Shown: one piece after another, positions 1 to 10,251 of the stretch
Numbering within the stretch: position 1 is the stretch's first letter
How the letters are laid out: each line of letters opens with the position of its first letter
Assembly (NCBI RefSeq): GCF_004010195.1
Contig: NC_057720.1
Span: 14,091,943-14,132,132, forward strand
Reading direction: 5' to 3'
Length of the DNA stretch: 40,190 nt
Source: Chiloscyllium plagiosum
Lineage: Eukaryota
Translations under genes and position numbers: made by a program
Notes under the pieces: generated by a model
Told to the model about the DNA's origin: nothing
The model's input: only the letters and a program-made list of their open reading frames with translations
The model's database searches: none

Positions 1-232
1 GGTGTAGAGGGGTTGGATATCCATGGTGAAGATGAGGCATTGGGGGCCGGGGAACCGGAAGTCTTGGAGGAGGTGGAGGGCGTGGGTGGTGTCTCGAACG
101 TATGTGGGGAGTTCCTGGACTAGGGGGGATAGGACAGTGTCGAGGTAGGTAGAGATGAGTTCAGTGGGGCAGGAACATGCTGAGACAATGGGTCGGCCAG
201 GGTGGTCAGGCTTGTGGATCTTGGGAAGGAAG
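1..232 (-). mobile_element. Penelope-like element, reverse transcriptase fragment (runs off the window start)
   Basis: Manual minus-strand translation FLPKIHKPDHPGRPIVSACSCPTELISTYLDTVLSPLVQELPTYVRDTTHALHLLQDFRFPGPQCLIFTMDIQPLYT contains the PLE RT motifs LPKIHK, RPIVS and DIxxLYT. Confidence 0.9.
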
Positions 233-240
233 GAGGCTTT

Positions 241-276
241 ATTCCTGATGAAGGGCTTTTGCCCGAAACGTCGATT
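241..276 (+). ncRNA. Minimal type I hammerhead ribozyme motif (PLE repeat, ACGU family)
   Basis: ATTC-CTGATGA-A-GGGC TTTT GCCC-GAAACGTC-GATT. Full core, 4-bp stem II, stem I with one U.U mismatch, GUC triplet. Confidence 0.8.
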
Positions 277-284
277 TTGCCCGA

Positions 285-548
285 GAATGCAACTTTAAAA
301 AAAAGGGTTTTGTGATTTACACATGAAAGAAGTGAAACTATCACTGTATTCTAACAGATGAAAGGCTTAACAGACAATCAATTCTTCAATGTATAATTTC
401 AGTTACATCACACTGTAAATGTTTGCTATAAATTCTGTGTTAGGATCGAGTCCTCCACAATCACCTGATGATGGAGTGACGCTCCGAAAGCTAGTGCTTC
501 CAATTAAACCTGTTGGACTATAACCTGGTGTTGTGTGATTTTTGACTC
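285..548 (+). mobile_element. Penelope-like element terminal repeat, second family (AGCU hammerhead)
   Basis: AT-rich segment ending in a hammerhead, ATTAAA and the tail cctgttggactataacctggtgttgtgtgattttt. The same tail occurs twice at 9628-9860. Confidence 0.7.
462..496 (+). ncRNA. Minimal type I hammerhead ribozyme motif (AGCU family)
   Basis: CAC-CTGATGA-T-GGAGT GAC GCTCC-GAAAGCTA-GTG. Stem I CAC/GTG, stem II GGAGU/GCUCC, palindrome AGCU, CUA triplet. Confidence 0.8.
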
Positions 549-809
549 TATACCCTTCATGATTTTGTAACCCTCAATCAGGTCCCCCCTCAATCTCCTT
601 TTTTCTAATGAAAATAAACCTAACCTACTCAACCTCTCTTCATAGCCAGCACCTTCCATTCCAGGCAACAGCCCCGTAAACCTTCTCTGCACCCTCTCCA
701 AATGCGTCCACATCCTGTTGGAAATGTGGCGCCCAGAACTGTACACAGTATTCTAAATGCGGCCGAACCAACGTTTCAGCTCTTATACTCAATACCCCGT
801 CCGATGAAG
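549..809 (-). mobile_element. CR1 LINE ORF2 C-terminal fragment
   Basis: Translations [15 protein letters not shown] and [41 protein letters not shown] are typical CR1 ORF2 C-terminus. Confidence 0.9.
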
Positions 810-1040
810 CTGAAAATGTGTTGCTGGAAAAGTGCAGCAGGTCAGGCAGCATCCAAGGAGCAGGAGAATCGATGTTTCGGGAATGAGGAAAGGGATTTGA
901 CTGAGACAAGGTGGGGGGGAGGGGAAATGAGGAAACTGGAGAAATCGGAGTTCATCCCTTGTGGTTGGAGGGTTCCTAGGCGGAAGATGAGGTGCTCTAC
1001 CTCCAGCCATCGTGTCGCTATGGTCTGGCGATGGAGGAGT
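810..1040 (-). mobile_element. Penelope-like element 3' fragment: end of GIY-YIG region plus terminal repeat with hammerhead core deleted
   Basis: Minus ORF RWLEVEHLIFRLGTLQPQGMNSDF resembles the PLE endonuclease C-terminus. The tail matches 40102-40190. Possible TGAAG duplication at 805-809 and 1041-1045. Confidence 0.85.
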
Positions 1041-2039
1041 TGAAGGAAAGCCAATGTTTAATAATGGTTCACAATAACATCTTTGCTTTTGTATTCTATA
1101 CCCCTACAGGATCCCAAATACCTTAATAACTACCAAAGGCAGCTAAGGATGCGTAGTACATGTTAGCCCAGCCAGCGATGCCCACAGCCCTTTTACAAGT
1201 ATGTTTCAAAAATCCTTCTCAAATTGCCTTGCCACCTTCAATGACTCCTGCATGTATGCACCTAAACATTAAAAAATAAATTCAATCGTAAAATGGAAAA
1301 GAGTGCCTGTTAAACTAGTAAGATTTTCACTTCACAGGGAGTGTCACTGACTACAGAGATATGAACGCATTTCCCATAGGATGCATGTAATGACATTATA
1401 CCACAAATGTTGGTGAAAGAAAAAGGTAAAACCTTGTGAACCCAACATTAGTCTTGACAACAATAATGGAGTACTTTCATTAAGTCTGGGCCTTTGTGCA
1501 GCTTTCACTGGAGCAAGATTAAACTGCTTTTAAGACACTTAGCCACACTGAATATTTTGTGAGAAATCAGGAATGAGGTAACAAAATCTGTCCCAGATAG
1601 CTGAATAACTGCAATCTTCAATCAGAGGCCATTTCAGTCGCCTTTACCATCACATTAGAACACAAGGATTTAATTTATTTGGTTGGTAATGCAATCTGAC
1701 CAAGTGAAAGTTCACTGGGTTGAACTTACATGAGCCTGTATTTAATTGGGAGGATTGCACACCCTCATGTCCTCTGGGAATCAGATTTTCAGCCGTGGGG
1801 AAAGAAAGATAGGCAATAAGTCTGGGGCAAGTGTTCAATTGAAAAAAAAAATCTTGGAGATGTCTTTCATTATTAATTTTTGTGATTGTGATGGTCTGCA
1901 ATGACAGAGTGCAGGATTGCAAGTGTCTGGCCCAATGAGTCCAGTGGAGGCAGGCCTCATAGCTACAGTTGGAGATGAGGGGTAAAACCAGAGAATTAGA
2001 ACATCCACTTCCATCTGCTAGAACAGCAGAGCAAAGTAA

Positions 2040-2277
2040 ATTGGTGGAATTCTTTATCTCAGAGGACTGCTAAGGCTAAATATACTTATTAATGTACATT
2101 AGTATATTGAAAGCTGAGATATACTTTCAAACAATACAGAAATCAAGGATCACAGGGAATAGGCAGAAAAGAGAAGTTGAGGATTATCAGATCAGCCACG
2201 ATCTCACAGGATAGTGGAACAGGCACGATGGGCTGAATGGCCTATATTTGCACATACATCTTATGGTGTTATGGACT
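2040..2277 (+). mobile_element. Old CR1 3' tail
   Basis: gtggaattct...gatcagccacgatctc...gggctgaatggccta...cttatggtgttatg, similar to the tails at 20680-20885 and 31260-31410. Confidence 0.65.
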
Positions 2278-2423
2278 TATTGCCATTCCCTCTTCTGTAC
2301 CTCTTTGAATCCCCCAAGTGCTCTCCATAGTCCCTCATATCCCTGTTGCTCCTAGTGATTCTCCATATCATGATATACCTCCACACTTTATCCTTCATTG
2401 CAACTCAGCCAGTATCTACAACT

Positions 2424-5277
2424 GGGGAGGGGAAATTTGCTAATGCTGTTTGGGTGGGTTTAAACTAATTCAGCAGGGGGATGGGAACCAAAATTGTAGT
2501 TTGAGTATACGGGAGGTTGAGAGCAGTGAAGTTCGAACTAAGATTTCAAGATCGCAAGAAGGCAAGCAAGAATTTGGTTTGAAGTGTGTCCATTTCAATG
2601 CCAGGAGCTTCCGGAATAAAGTGGGTGAACTTGCAGCATGGGTTGGTACCTGGGATTTTGATGTTGTGGCCATTTCGGAGACATGGGTAGAGCTGGGACA
2701 GGATTGGTTATTGCAGGTTCTGGGATTTAGATGTTTCAGTAAGAACAGAGAAAATGGTAAAAGAGGGGGAGGTTTGGCACTGTTAGTCAAGGACAGTGTT
2801 ACGGTTACAGGAAGGATGTTTGAGGACTCATATACTGAGGTAATATGGGCTGAGATTAGAAACAGGAAAGGAATGGGTACCCTGCTGGGTGTTTTCTGTA
2901 GGCCTCTAACTAGTTCCAGAGATGTAGATGATAGGATAGCAGAGCTGATTCTCAATAGGATTGAGAGTGACAGGATAGTTTTTGTGGGGGAGTTTAACTT
3001 TCTAAATATTGAGTGGGGATACCACAGTTCAAGTATTTTGGATGGGTCATTTTTTGTCCAATGTGTGCAGGAGGGTTTCCTGACACAGTATGTCAACAGG
3101 CCAACAAGGGGCGAGGCCACATTGGATTTGGTACTGGCTAATGAATCCAGCCAGGTGTTATATTTGGAGGTAGCTGAGCACTTTGGTGATGGTGACCACA
3201 AATTGGTTATACTGTATCTATCAGGCAGGGAGGAAGTTGTCAAGCGGGGAGCCATTGTTTACTAAGGAGGTGGAATCTCTTGTCAAGAGAAAGAAGGCTT
3301 ATGTTAAGATGAGATGTAATGGCTCAGTTAGGGTGCTTGAGAGTTACAAGTAAACCATGAAAGATGTAAAGAGAGAGCTAAGAAGAGCCAGGAGGGGACA
3401 TGAGAGTTCTGAATGCTGCTGATAGGATCAAGGAAAACCCTAAGACTTTCTGCAGGTATATCAGGAATAAAAGAGTGACTAGAGTAAGATTAGGGCTAAT
3501 CAAGCAAAGTAATGGGACGTTGTGCATGGAGTCAGAGGAGATAGGGGAAGTGCTAAATAAATACTTTTCATCAGTATTCACACTAGAAAAAGCCAATATG
3601 GTCGAGAAAAATACTGAGATACAGACTACTCGACTAAATGGGATTGAGGTTCACAAGGAGGAGGTGTTAGCAATTCTGGAAAGTGTAAAAATAGATAAGT
3701 CCCCTTGGCCAGATGGGATTTATCTGAAGATTCTCTGGGAAGCCAGGGAGGAGATTGCCGAGCCTTTGGCTTTGATCTTTATGTCGTCATTGTCTACAGG
3801 AATAGTGCCAGAAGACTGGAGGATAGCAAATGTTGTTTCCTTGCTCAAGAAGGGGAGTAGAGACAACCCTGGAAATTATAGACCTGTGAGCCTTACTTCA
3901 GTTGCGGGTAAAGTGTTGGAAAAGGTTACAAGATTTATAATCATCTAAAAAGGAATAAATTGATTAGGGATAGTTAACATGGTTTTGTGGAGGGTAAGTC
4001 ATACCTCACAAACTTTATTGAGTTCTTTGAGAAGGTGACCAAACAGGTAGATGAGGGTAAAGCGGTTGATGTAGTGTATATGGATTTCATTAAGGCATAT
4101 GATAAGGATCCCCATGGTAGGCTGTTGCACAAAATATGGAGGCATGGGATTGAGAAATATTTATTGATTTGGATCAGAAATTGGCTAGCTGAAAGAAGAC
4201 AGAGGGTGGTGGTTGATGGGAAATATTATTCCTGGAGTTCAGTTACTAGTGATCTGTTTTGGGTCCACAGTTGCTTGTCATTTTTATAAATGACCTGGAT
4301 GCGGGATTAGAAAGATGGGTTAGTAAATTTGCGGATGATACTAAAGACGGTAGAGTTGTGGATAGTGACAAAGGATATTGTAGGTTACAGCGAGAAATAG
4401 CTGAAAATGTTATGCTGGAAAAGCATAGCAGGTCAGGCAGCATGCTTGAATCTAGACTCTGGTTTCCAGCATCTGCAGTCCTTGTTTTTACCTAGGATTG
4501 TTACGAAGGCAAATGGCGTGTTAGCTTTTATTGGTAGAGGGATTGAGTTTCGGAATCATGAGATCATCCTGCAGCTCTACAAAACTCTGGTGCAGCCACA
4601 TTTGGAGTATTGCTTACAGTTCTGGTCACTGCATTATAGGAAGGATGTGGAAGCTTTGGAAAGGATTCAGAGGAGATTTACAAGGATGTTGCCTGGTATG
4701 GAGGGAAGGTCTTATAAGGAAAGGCTGAGGAACTTGCGGCTGTTTTTGTTGGAAACAAAAAGATTGAGAGGTGACTTAATTGAGACATATAAGATAATCA
4801 GAGGGTTAGGTAGGTTGGATAGTGAGAGCCTCTTTCCTCGGATGGTGATGGCCAGCATGAGGGGACATAGCTTTAAATAGAGGGGTGATAGATATAGGAC
4901 AGATGTCAGAGGTAGTTTCTTTACTCAGAGAGTAGGAGGGGCGTGGAATGCACTACCTGCAACAATAGTAGACTCACCAACTTTAAGGGCATTTAAATGG
5001 TCTTTGAATAAGCATATGTATGAGAATGGAATAGTATAGGTTAGATGGGCTTCAATGGAATATTAAACTAATCTCAATTTTGCGACCATGATAACTTGCA
5101 TTTTTGGAAAGATTAGCCTGGTTCAAGAATGTAATTCTTTTAGAGAAGCAGTCTGGACAATGCTGCATATTTTATACCTTGAACCTACCTTAGATGAGCT
5201 TCAGATTGGTTCCACAGGTTGGTGCAACATCGACAGCCGAAAGGCCTGTACTGTGCCGTAATGCTCTATGTTCTATA
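2424..5277 (+). mobile_element. CR1 (HER1-like) LINE with nearly full-length decayed ORF2 (APE endonuclease and RT) and 3' UTR
   Basis: APE motifs FNARS, AISETW, RGGGLAL, VGEFN, TRGEATLDLVL, GDH (2450-3265). RT motifs PGNYRPVSLTS, VDVVYMDF, GPQLLVIFINDLD, SKFADDTK. C-terminal HLEYCLQFWS and (tgttcta) tail. Several stops, frameshifts and deletions. Confidence 0.95.
4400..4493. mobile_element. PLE terminal-repeat pieces in opposite orientations inserted in CR1
   Basis: 4400-4443 is the reverse complement of the tail at 40141-40186. 4450-4493 resembles the forward tail at 17728-17768. Confidence 0.8.
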
Positions 5278-5878
5278 GGCAGCCTTCAGGAACCACATCT
5301 TTGAAATGGTTATTAAGAATAATAAACTCAGTGGAGAAAGTACTGTAATGCATCTCACCAGTTACACAATGCTGGTGAGCTTAATGATCAACTTACCTTT
5401 GCAGGACTCAGCACTTCAATCAAACACTGCAGTAAGAGCACATCTAATTTAGAGTCCAGCGTTTCAGTGTTGAAACTATTTTGCTTTTATATTTCAAAGA
5501 TTGCCAGTGATACCATTTGAGGAGCAGGTAACTGTTTGATTTGGTTGTCCACGTGGGACTGGTGCTCCCCCTTTTTTTCGCAACTCCTCGAAGGTTCTGC
5601 AAACCATGTATTCTTATCTAAGAAGCCCAGCTCCATGAAAAATGGCAAGTGGGTTTGGATTCTCAGTTCGGCAATGGGACCAGCCAGCATGACAGTGCTG
5701 CATGGGGGTAGACCCATCACATTCCTATCCATTGTCAGGAAACATGTTCAGAAACAGGATGTGGGGTGGCACGAATCCTTGGATCCGGTCCCATCCATCA
5801 TTCTTAGAGGGCTCCTGAGGTGTCGGGGACTTTGGAAAGATGATTCTCCATTCCCTCAGAACATTTCCCTCACCGTGT

Positions 5879-6193
5879 GGGCGGCACGGTGGCACAGTGG
5901 TTAGCACTGCTGCCTCACAGCGTCAGAGACCTGGGTTCAATTCTCGCCTCAGGCGACTGACTGTGTGGAGTTTGCACGTTCTCCCCGTGTCTGCGTGGGT
6001 TTCCTCCGGGTGCTCCGGTTTCCTCCCACCATCCAAAGATGTGCAGGTTCAGGTGAATTGGCCATGCTAAATTGCCTGTAGTGTTAGGTAAGGGGTAAAT
6101 GTAGGGGTATGGGTGGGTTTCGCTTCGGCGGGTCGGTGTGGACTTGTTGGGCCGAAGGGCCTGTTTCCGCCCTGTAATCTAATCTAAATCTAA
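5879..6193 (+). mobile_element. HE1-type tRNA-derived V-SINE, full length
   Basis: A box TGGCACAGTGG, B box GGTTCAATTC, V-core tgtgtggagtttgcacgttctccccgtgtctgcgtgggtttcctccgggtgctccggtttcctccca, CR1-like tail and (TCTAA)n end. Confidence 0.92.
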
Positions 6194-6237
6194 AATTTCT
6201 TCATTCTTTCAGTGGACTCACTGCTTTATACAATTAA

Positions 6238-6480
6238 CGCAAATACTGCAGATGATGGATATCTGAAATTAAAAGCAGAAAATGCTGGAAACAATCAGTA
6301 TGTTGTACAGAATCCGTGGAATGAAACAATGTTGACATTTCAGGTTGTGGTGACATCATCAGAACTGGGGATATGTATAAACGTAATCAATCTGAAGCAG
6401 GTAGATAGAGGGAGGGGAGGAGGAGAAGAACAAATAGGAAGCTCTGGGATAGAATGGAGGGTGGTGAGATCAAATTACGA
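6238..6480 (-). mobile_element. Old PLE terminal repeat with degenerate hammerhead (6331-6365)
   Basis: Minus strand GTT-CTGATGA-tgtcaccacaacct-GAAATGTC-AAC, followed by ccagcattttctgc...catctgcagtatttg tail. Confidence 0.65.
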
Positions 6481-6595
6481 CTAGTTTCATGGTACAAAAG
6501 CAAAACAGAGAGGTTAAAAAAATAAATGGAGTTAAACTTTGACCCACTCAGTAATGTACATTGAAGCAGATCACAGTTCCACTAACAAAAGGGCT

Positions 6596-6810
6596 ATGGA
6601 GGTTGTCACTGGTGTGGTAATCCAGAGACTCAGGCTGCAAGTTAATGTACCACCACAACTGCTGCTGACATTTAAATTACATCAACACATCTGGAATATT
6701 AAACTAATCTCAATTTGGGGACCTATTTGGAACAATCAGCCTGGTTCAAGAATGTCATTCTTTTAGAGAAGCAGCATGGACAATGTCGCATATTTTGTAC
6801 CTTGGATCTA
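6596..6810 (+). mobile_element. Old tRNA-derived SINE relic
   Basis: gtcactggtgtggtaatccagag...ctggaatattaaactaatctca...ctggttca, similar to 17100-17440. Confidence 0.55.
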
Positions 6811-6988
6811 TGCAGAGACTCCACTAGTTTCCATCTGTGTAACAGGTTTCATTTACAGTCCTTCTAAAGGTCTGCTTCATGCCTCAGTTCGACTATTCTC
6901 CAGTTTGTTTACATTCAGGATTTACAAATCAAGCATCAATGGTAAACAGATTCACATAATCAAACACAGAGCGATTGAACATTACAGA

Positions 6989-7428
6989 CACAGAGCCATA
7001 GAGTCACACAGCACAGAAACAGACACTTCAGTCCAACTAGTCCGAAACCGAACATAATCCCAAAGTAAGCTAGTCCCACTTGCCTGTTCCTGGCCCCCAT
7101 CCCTCTAAACCTTTCCTATTCATCTACTTATCTAAGCTTCTTAAACGTGATTGTCTCCACATTCCACACACAAAACACCCTCTGTAGAAAAACGTTGTCC
7201 CTCATGTCTTTTTAAATCTCTTTCCTCTCACCTTAAAAATATGATCCCTAGTTGTGAAATTCCCCCATCCTATGGAAAAGACAACTACCATTAACCCTGT
7301 CTGTGCCCCTCATGATTTTATAAACCTCTATAAGGTCACCTCTCAACCTCCTACGCACCAGTGAGCAAAGTCCCAGCCTACCCAGTCTTACTTTATAACT
7401 CAAACATTCCATACCTAGCAACATCCTG
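6989..7428 (-). mobile_element. CR1 3' fragment
   Basis: Reverse complement of the CR1 tail (catagagtca..., tagtcccacttgcc) and of the ORF2 end. Confidence 0.88.
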
Positions 7429-7889
7429 TTTCTGGTGTAAGGAGACTATAATTTCCTGTATGGATCCCGTGATAAACTGGAAACCACTTGAGTTCCAATG
7501 TTATGTCTTTTCACATCTCCAACCCCTTATAATCTTATGGAACACCAACAGCCTAATTCACTATTTATAGTCTATCTGCTTTATGAACTAAATTGCTTCC
7601 AATTCCTGCACAATGTTTTAATAAGCCTACATTCTCCCCTGCATATTTTCTTTTTGTCGAGAGGGCAGTATGGGCTGAACTGCTAAGCTACTGATAATGC
7701 GGCCTTACAATCAGCCAACAGATGTGCGTGTGTTGCAGGGCAGGGCAGCAAATGTCAGTGTTTCGCTTTCCCAGGGGCCTGGTATAAATGTGGCACAGCT
7801 GTACCAGTTACAGTAGGACTGCCCAAAGAATATTCCCGGCACTGACTGGAATGGGTCGTGATTTAAATCAAATATATTTAATGTTATTT

Positions 7890-8195
7890 TTAGATTACTT
7901 ACAGTGTGGAAACAGGCCCTTCGGCCCAACAAGTCCACACCGACCCTCTGAAGAGCAACCCACCCAGACCCGTTCCCCTACATTTACCCCTTCACCTAAC
8001 ATTACGGGCAATCTACCACAGCCAATTCACCTGACCTGCACATTTTTGGACTGTGGGAGGAAACCAGAGCACCCGGAGGAAACCCACACAGAGAATGTGC
8101 AAACTCCACACAGACAGTCACCCGAGGTAGGAATTGAACCCGGGTCTCTGGTGCTGTGAGGCAGTAGTGCTAACCACTGTGCCGCAGTGCTGCCC
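7890..8195 (-). mobile_element. HE1-type V-SINE
   Basis: Reverse complement of 5879-6193. Confidence 0.92.
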
Positions 8196-8789
8196 TGTAA
8201 AATGATGTTTGAAGATAAATGCGTGATATACCATAGAAAGAAAACTTTGTAATTGAGGATTAATAGGATCAAAATCTCCACTTGTGTTCAGTTTCATTCT
8301 GCGCAAATAGATTCTAATTAATAGATAAATTATGAAGGCACTTATGATAAGATCTGTATCTCACCCTTGATGCTGACCACAACTTGCCTTGGGAGTCAAT
8401 ACTTCTGCTTTACCAGGTTCAGCTCACTCGTAGAATTTAAAGCACATCCCACAAGACTTTGTAAAGTGTTCTGTTTATACCAAACATTCAAAATTAATTA
8501 GGTAAAGCGATTTTAAAATCTGGATTTAATGGAGACAGGAATGCTGCAACAGGACTCAGCTACACAGCTTCTTAAACTTGTTCTACCATTTAATTTGAGC
8601 ATGACCAAGCCACAGGCATAGTGCAGCTGGAGGTAAAGTCATGTTATTTCAGGATATTTTTAAGTGTAACATTCACTTAAACAAAAATAACAGCAAGTCC
8701 TAGGGATTGATACCAGGTTCTGACCCCAGGAAAAGACTCAACAGGCTGGAACCTTTTTTTTTTGTTTCAATCTCTAAAAGAAGAAGGCT

Positions 8790-8935
8790 CAGGAATGAAG
8801 AAGGTTCTAGATATTCAGAAGATACTGAACTTGAATTGTTAACTCTGTTACTCTTTCCACAGATGCTGCCAGACCTACTGAGTTTCTCCAGTATTCTCTG
8901 TTTTACTTCCTGCATCTGCAGTAGTTCGCTTTTGT
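8790..8935 (+). mobile_element. Old PLE terminal repeat with a highly degenerate hammerhead remnant
   Basis: gttaactctgttactctttccacagatgctgccagacctactgagtttctccag...gcatctgcagta tail. The remnant is cagaaga...gaattgttaac. Confidence 0.6.
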
Positions 8936-8937
8936 AA

Positions 8938-9290
8938 AGCTGAGGGGCAGCCTGTCAGAAGTCTTTCAAAGTATTAAAAGTCTTTTTACAAGGAGAAGGT
9001 AGAGAAGATGGTCCTACTTGATCTGTGGATATGAGAGAGGGGAGTCTAAAAGGTGGTGTTAACAATTACAGATGCACAATAATAAGTTATCTAGACAGTG
9101 GTTAGAATATGAAATTGCTATAACAAGTAGTTGGGGCAAACAGTATGGTTGCATTTACCAGGAACCAACCCATGTAAATGAAGAATAAATGGATAGTCAT
9201 ACTGATAGGATTAGGTAACATTGGGTAGGTGGAAACTCAAGTGAAGTGTAAGCATTGGTATTGATCCGTTGTGCTTTGTTAGTACTGTAA
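8938..9290 (+). mobile_element. Very old CR1-group 3' fragment
   Basis: gctgaggggcagcctgtcagaagtctttcaaa resembles the [11 protein letters not shown] codons, with a degenerate tail. Confidence 0.45.
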
Positions 9291-9627
9291 CATCAAAGTA
9301 ATAATTTTCGAGCTATTACCTGAACAGAATTAAAAAGATAATTTAATGCAAATGTTATAATTACATCTGGTACAAGCTCTATTACTTTCTCTTAAAGGGA
9401 AAGCAATCTGAAACTTTCCCTGTTCACGTTCACGTGGGTCCCCTCTGTCGTACATGCCAATCTCAAAATTCAATCAAAAGCTGGACTTTACTTCCCTCTT
9501 CCTCCAGACACTCTACCCAACACAGCTCCCTGGCCAGGCACGTTTTCAATGCCATCGGGCAAAGAGATTATAACAGGAGACTAGTCCAATGCTTTCCTGA
9601 GAAACCCTGTCTCAGTTCTCCATTATA

Positions 9628-9860
9628 ATGATACGGAGGTGTCAGTATTGGACTGAGGTGGACAAAGTTAAAAATCACACAGCACCAGGTTATAGTCCAA
9701 CAGGTTTATTTGAAAGTACAAGCTTTTGGAGTGCTGGTCCTTCATCAGGTAGATAGTGGGGCAGGATCGTAGGAGACAGAATTCCTTTCAAACAAACTTG
9801 TTGGACTACAACCTGGTGTTGTGTGATTTTTAACTTGCTCCAATATCCAGTCAGTGGTTA
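9628..9860 (-). mobile_element. PLE (AGCU family) terminal repeat with an inverted second copy of the tail and hammerhead motif at 9717-9751
   Basis: Minus strand TAC-CTGATGA-A-GGACC AGC ACTCC-AAAAGCTT-GTA (G12 to A). Arms about 9660-9716 and 9786-9841 are inverted repeats. Confidence 0.8.
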
Positions 9861-10251
9861 AATGCTGAGATGGACAGCTCTGCCCACAGTTTTGAGAAAA
9901 AAAATCATTAACAGGCAAATGGGTTAGCTCACAAGCGTAATGATCTCTGGATATTCCACTGTCAAGCCAACAAGACAAGAACATGGCACAGGCAGGATGA
10001 GAATGGGAAGGATATATAAATAATTTTGTTAAAAGGGACCTACATCATTCAAATGCCCCAGTGTTATCCCTTGTGTTGTACCTCTCAACTTGGTCCCCAA
10101 AACACACCCCACCCCAGCCCACCTTTTTCCCTTTTGCCCAAGATCCCCAATTTCTCCCTTTCCCAAAACCCAAGTGTTGCCTCTCCCTCACTCGTGACCA
10201 CTTTTTATCCTAGGGGCTTCGCTTTCAGTCCTGGCAATGTCCATTAATATC

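Noticed and set aside
2470..3255. 261-aa antisense ORF
   Set aside because: It is the shadow frame of the CR1 endonuclease.
2450..4880. Active LINE ORF2
   Set aside because: It is broken by stops, frameshifts, deletions and a PLE insertion, and has altered motifs (GEFN, SPWPDG).
5397..5600. Minus-strand exon ending at AAG|GTAAGT (5397)
   Set aside because: There is no convincing acceptor and all longer frames contain stops.
5885..5955. tRNA gene
   Set aside because: The A and B boxes belong to the HE1 SINE head and continue into the V-core. The same holds for the other copies.
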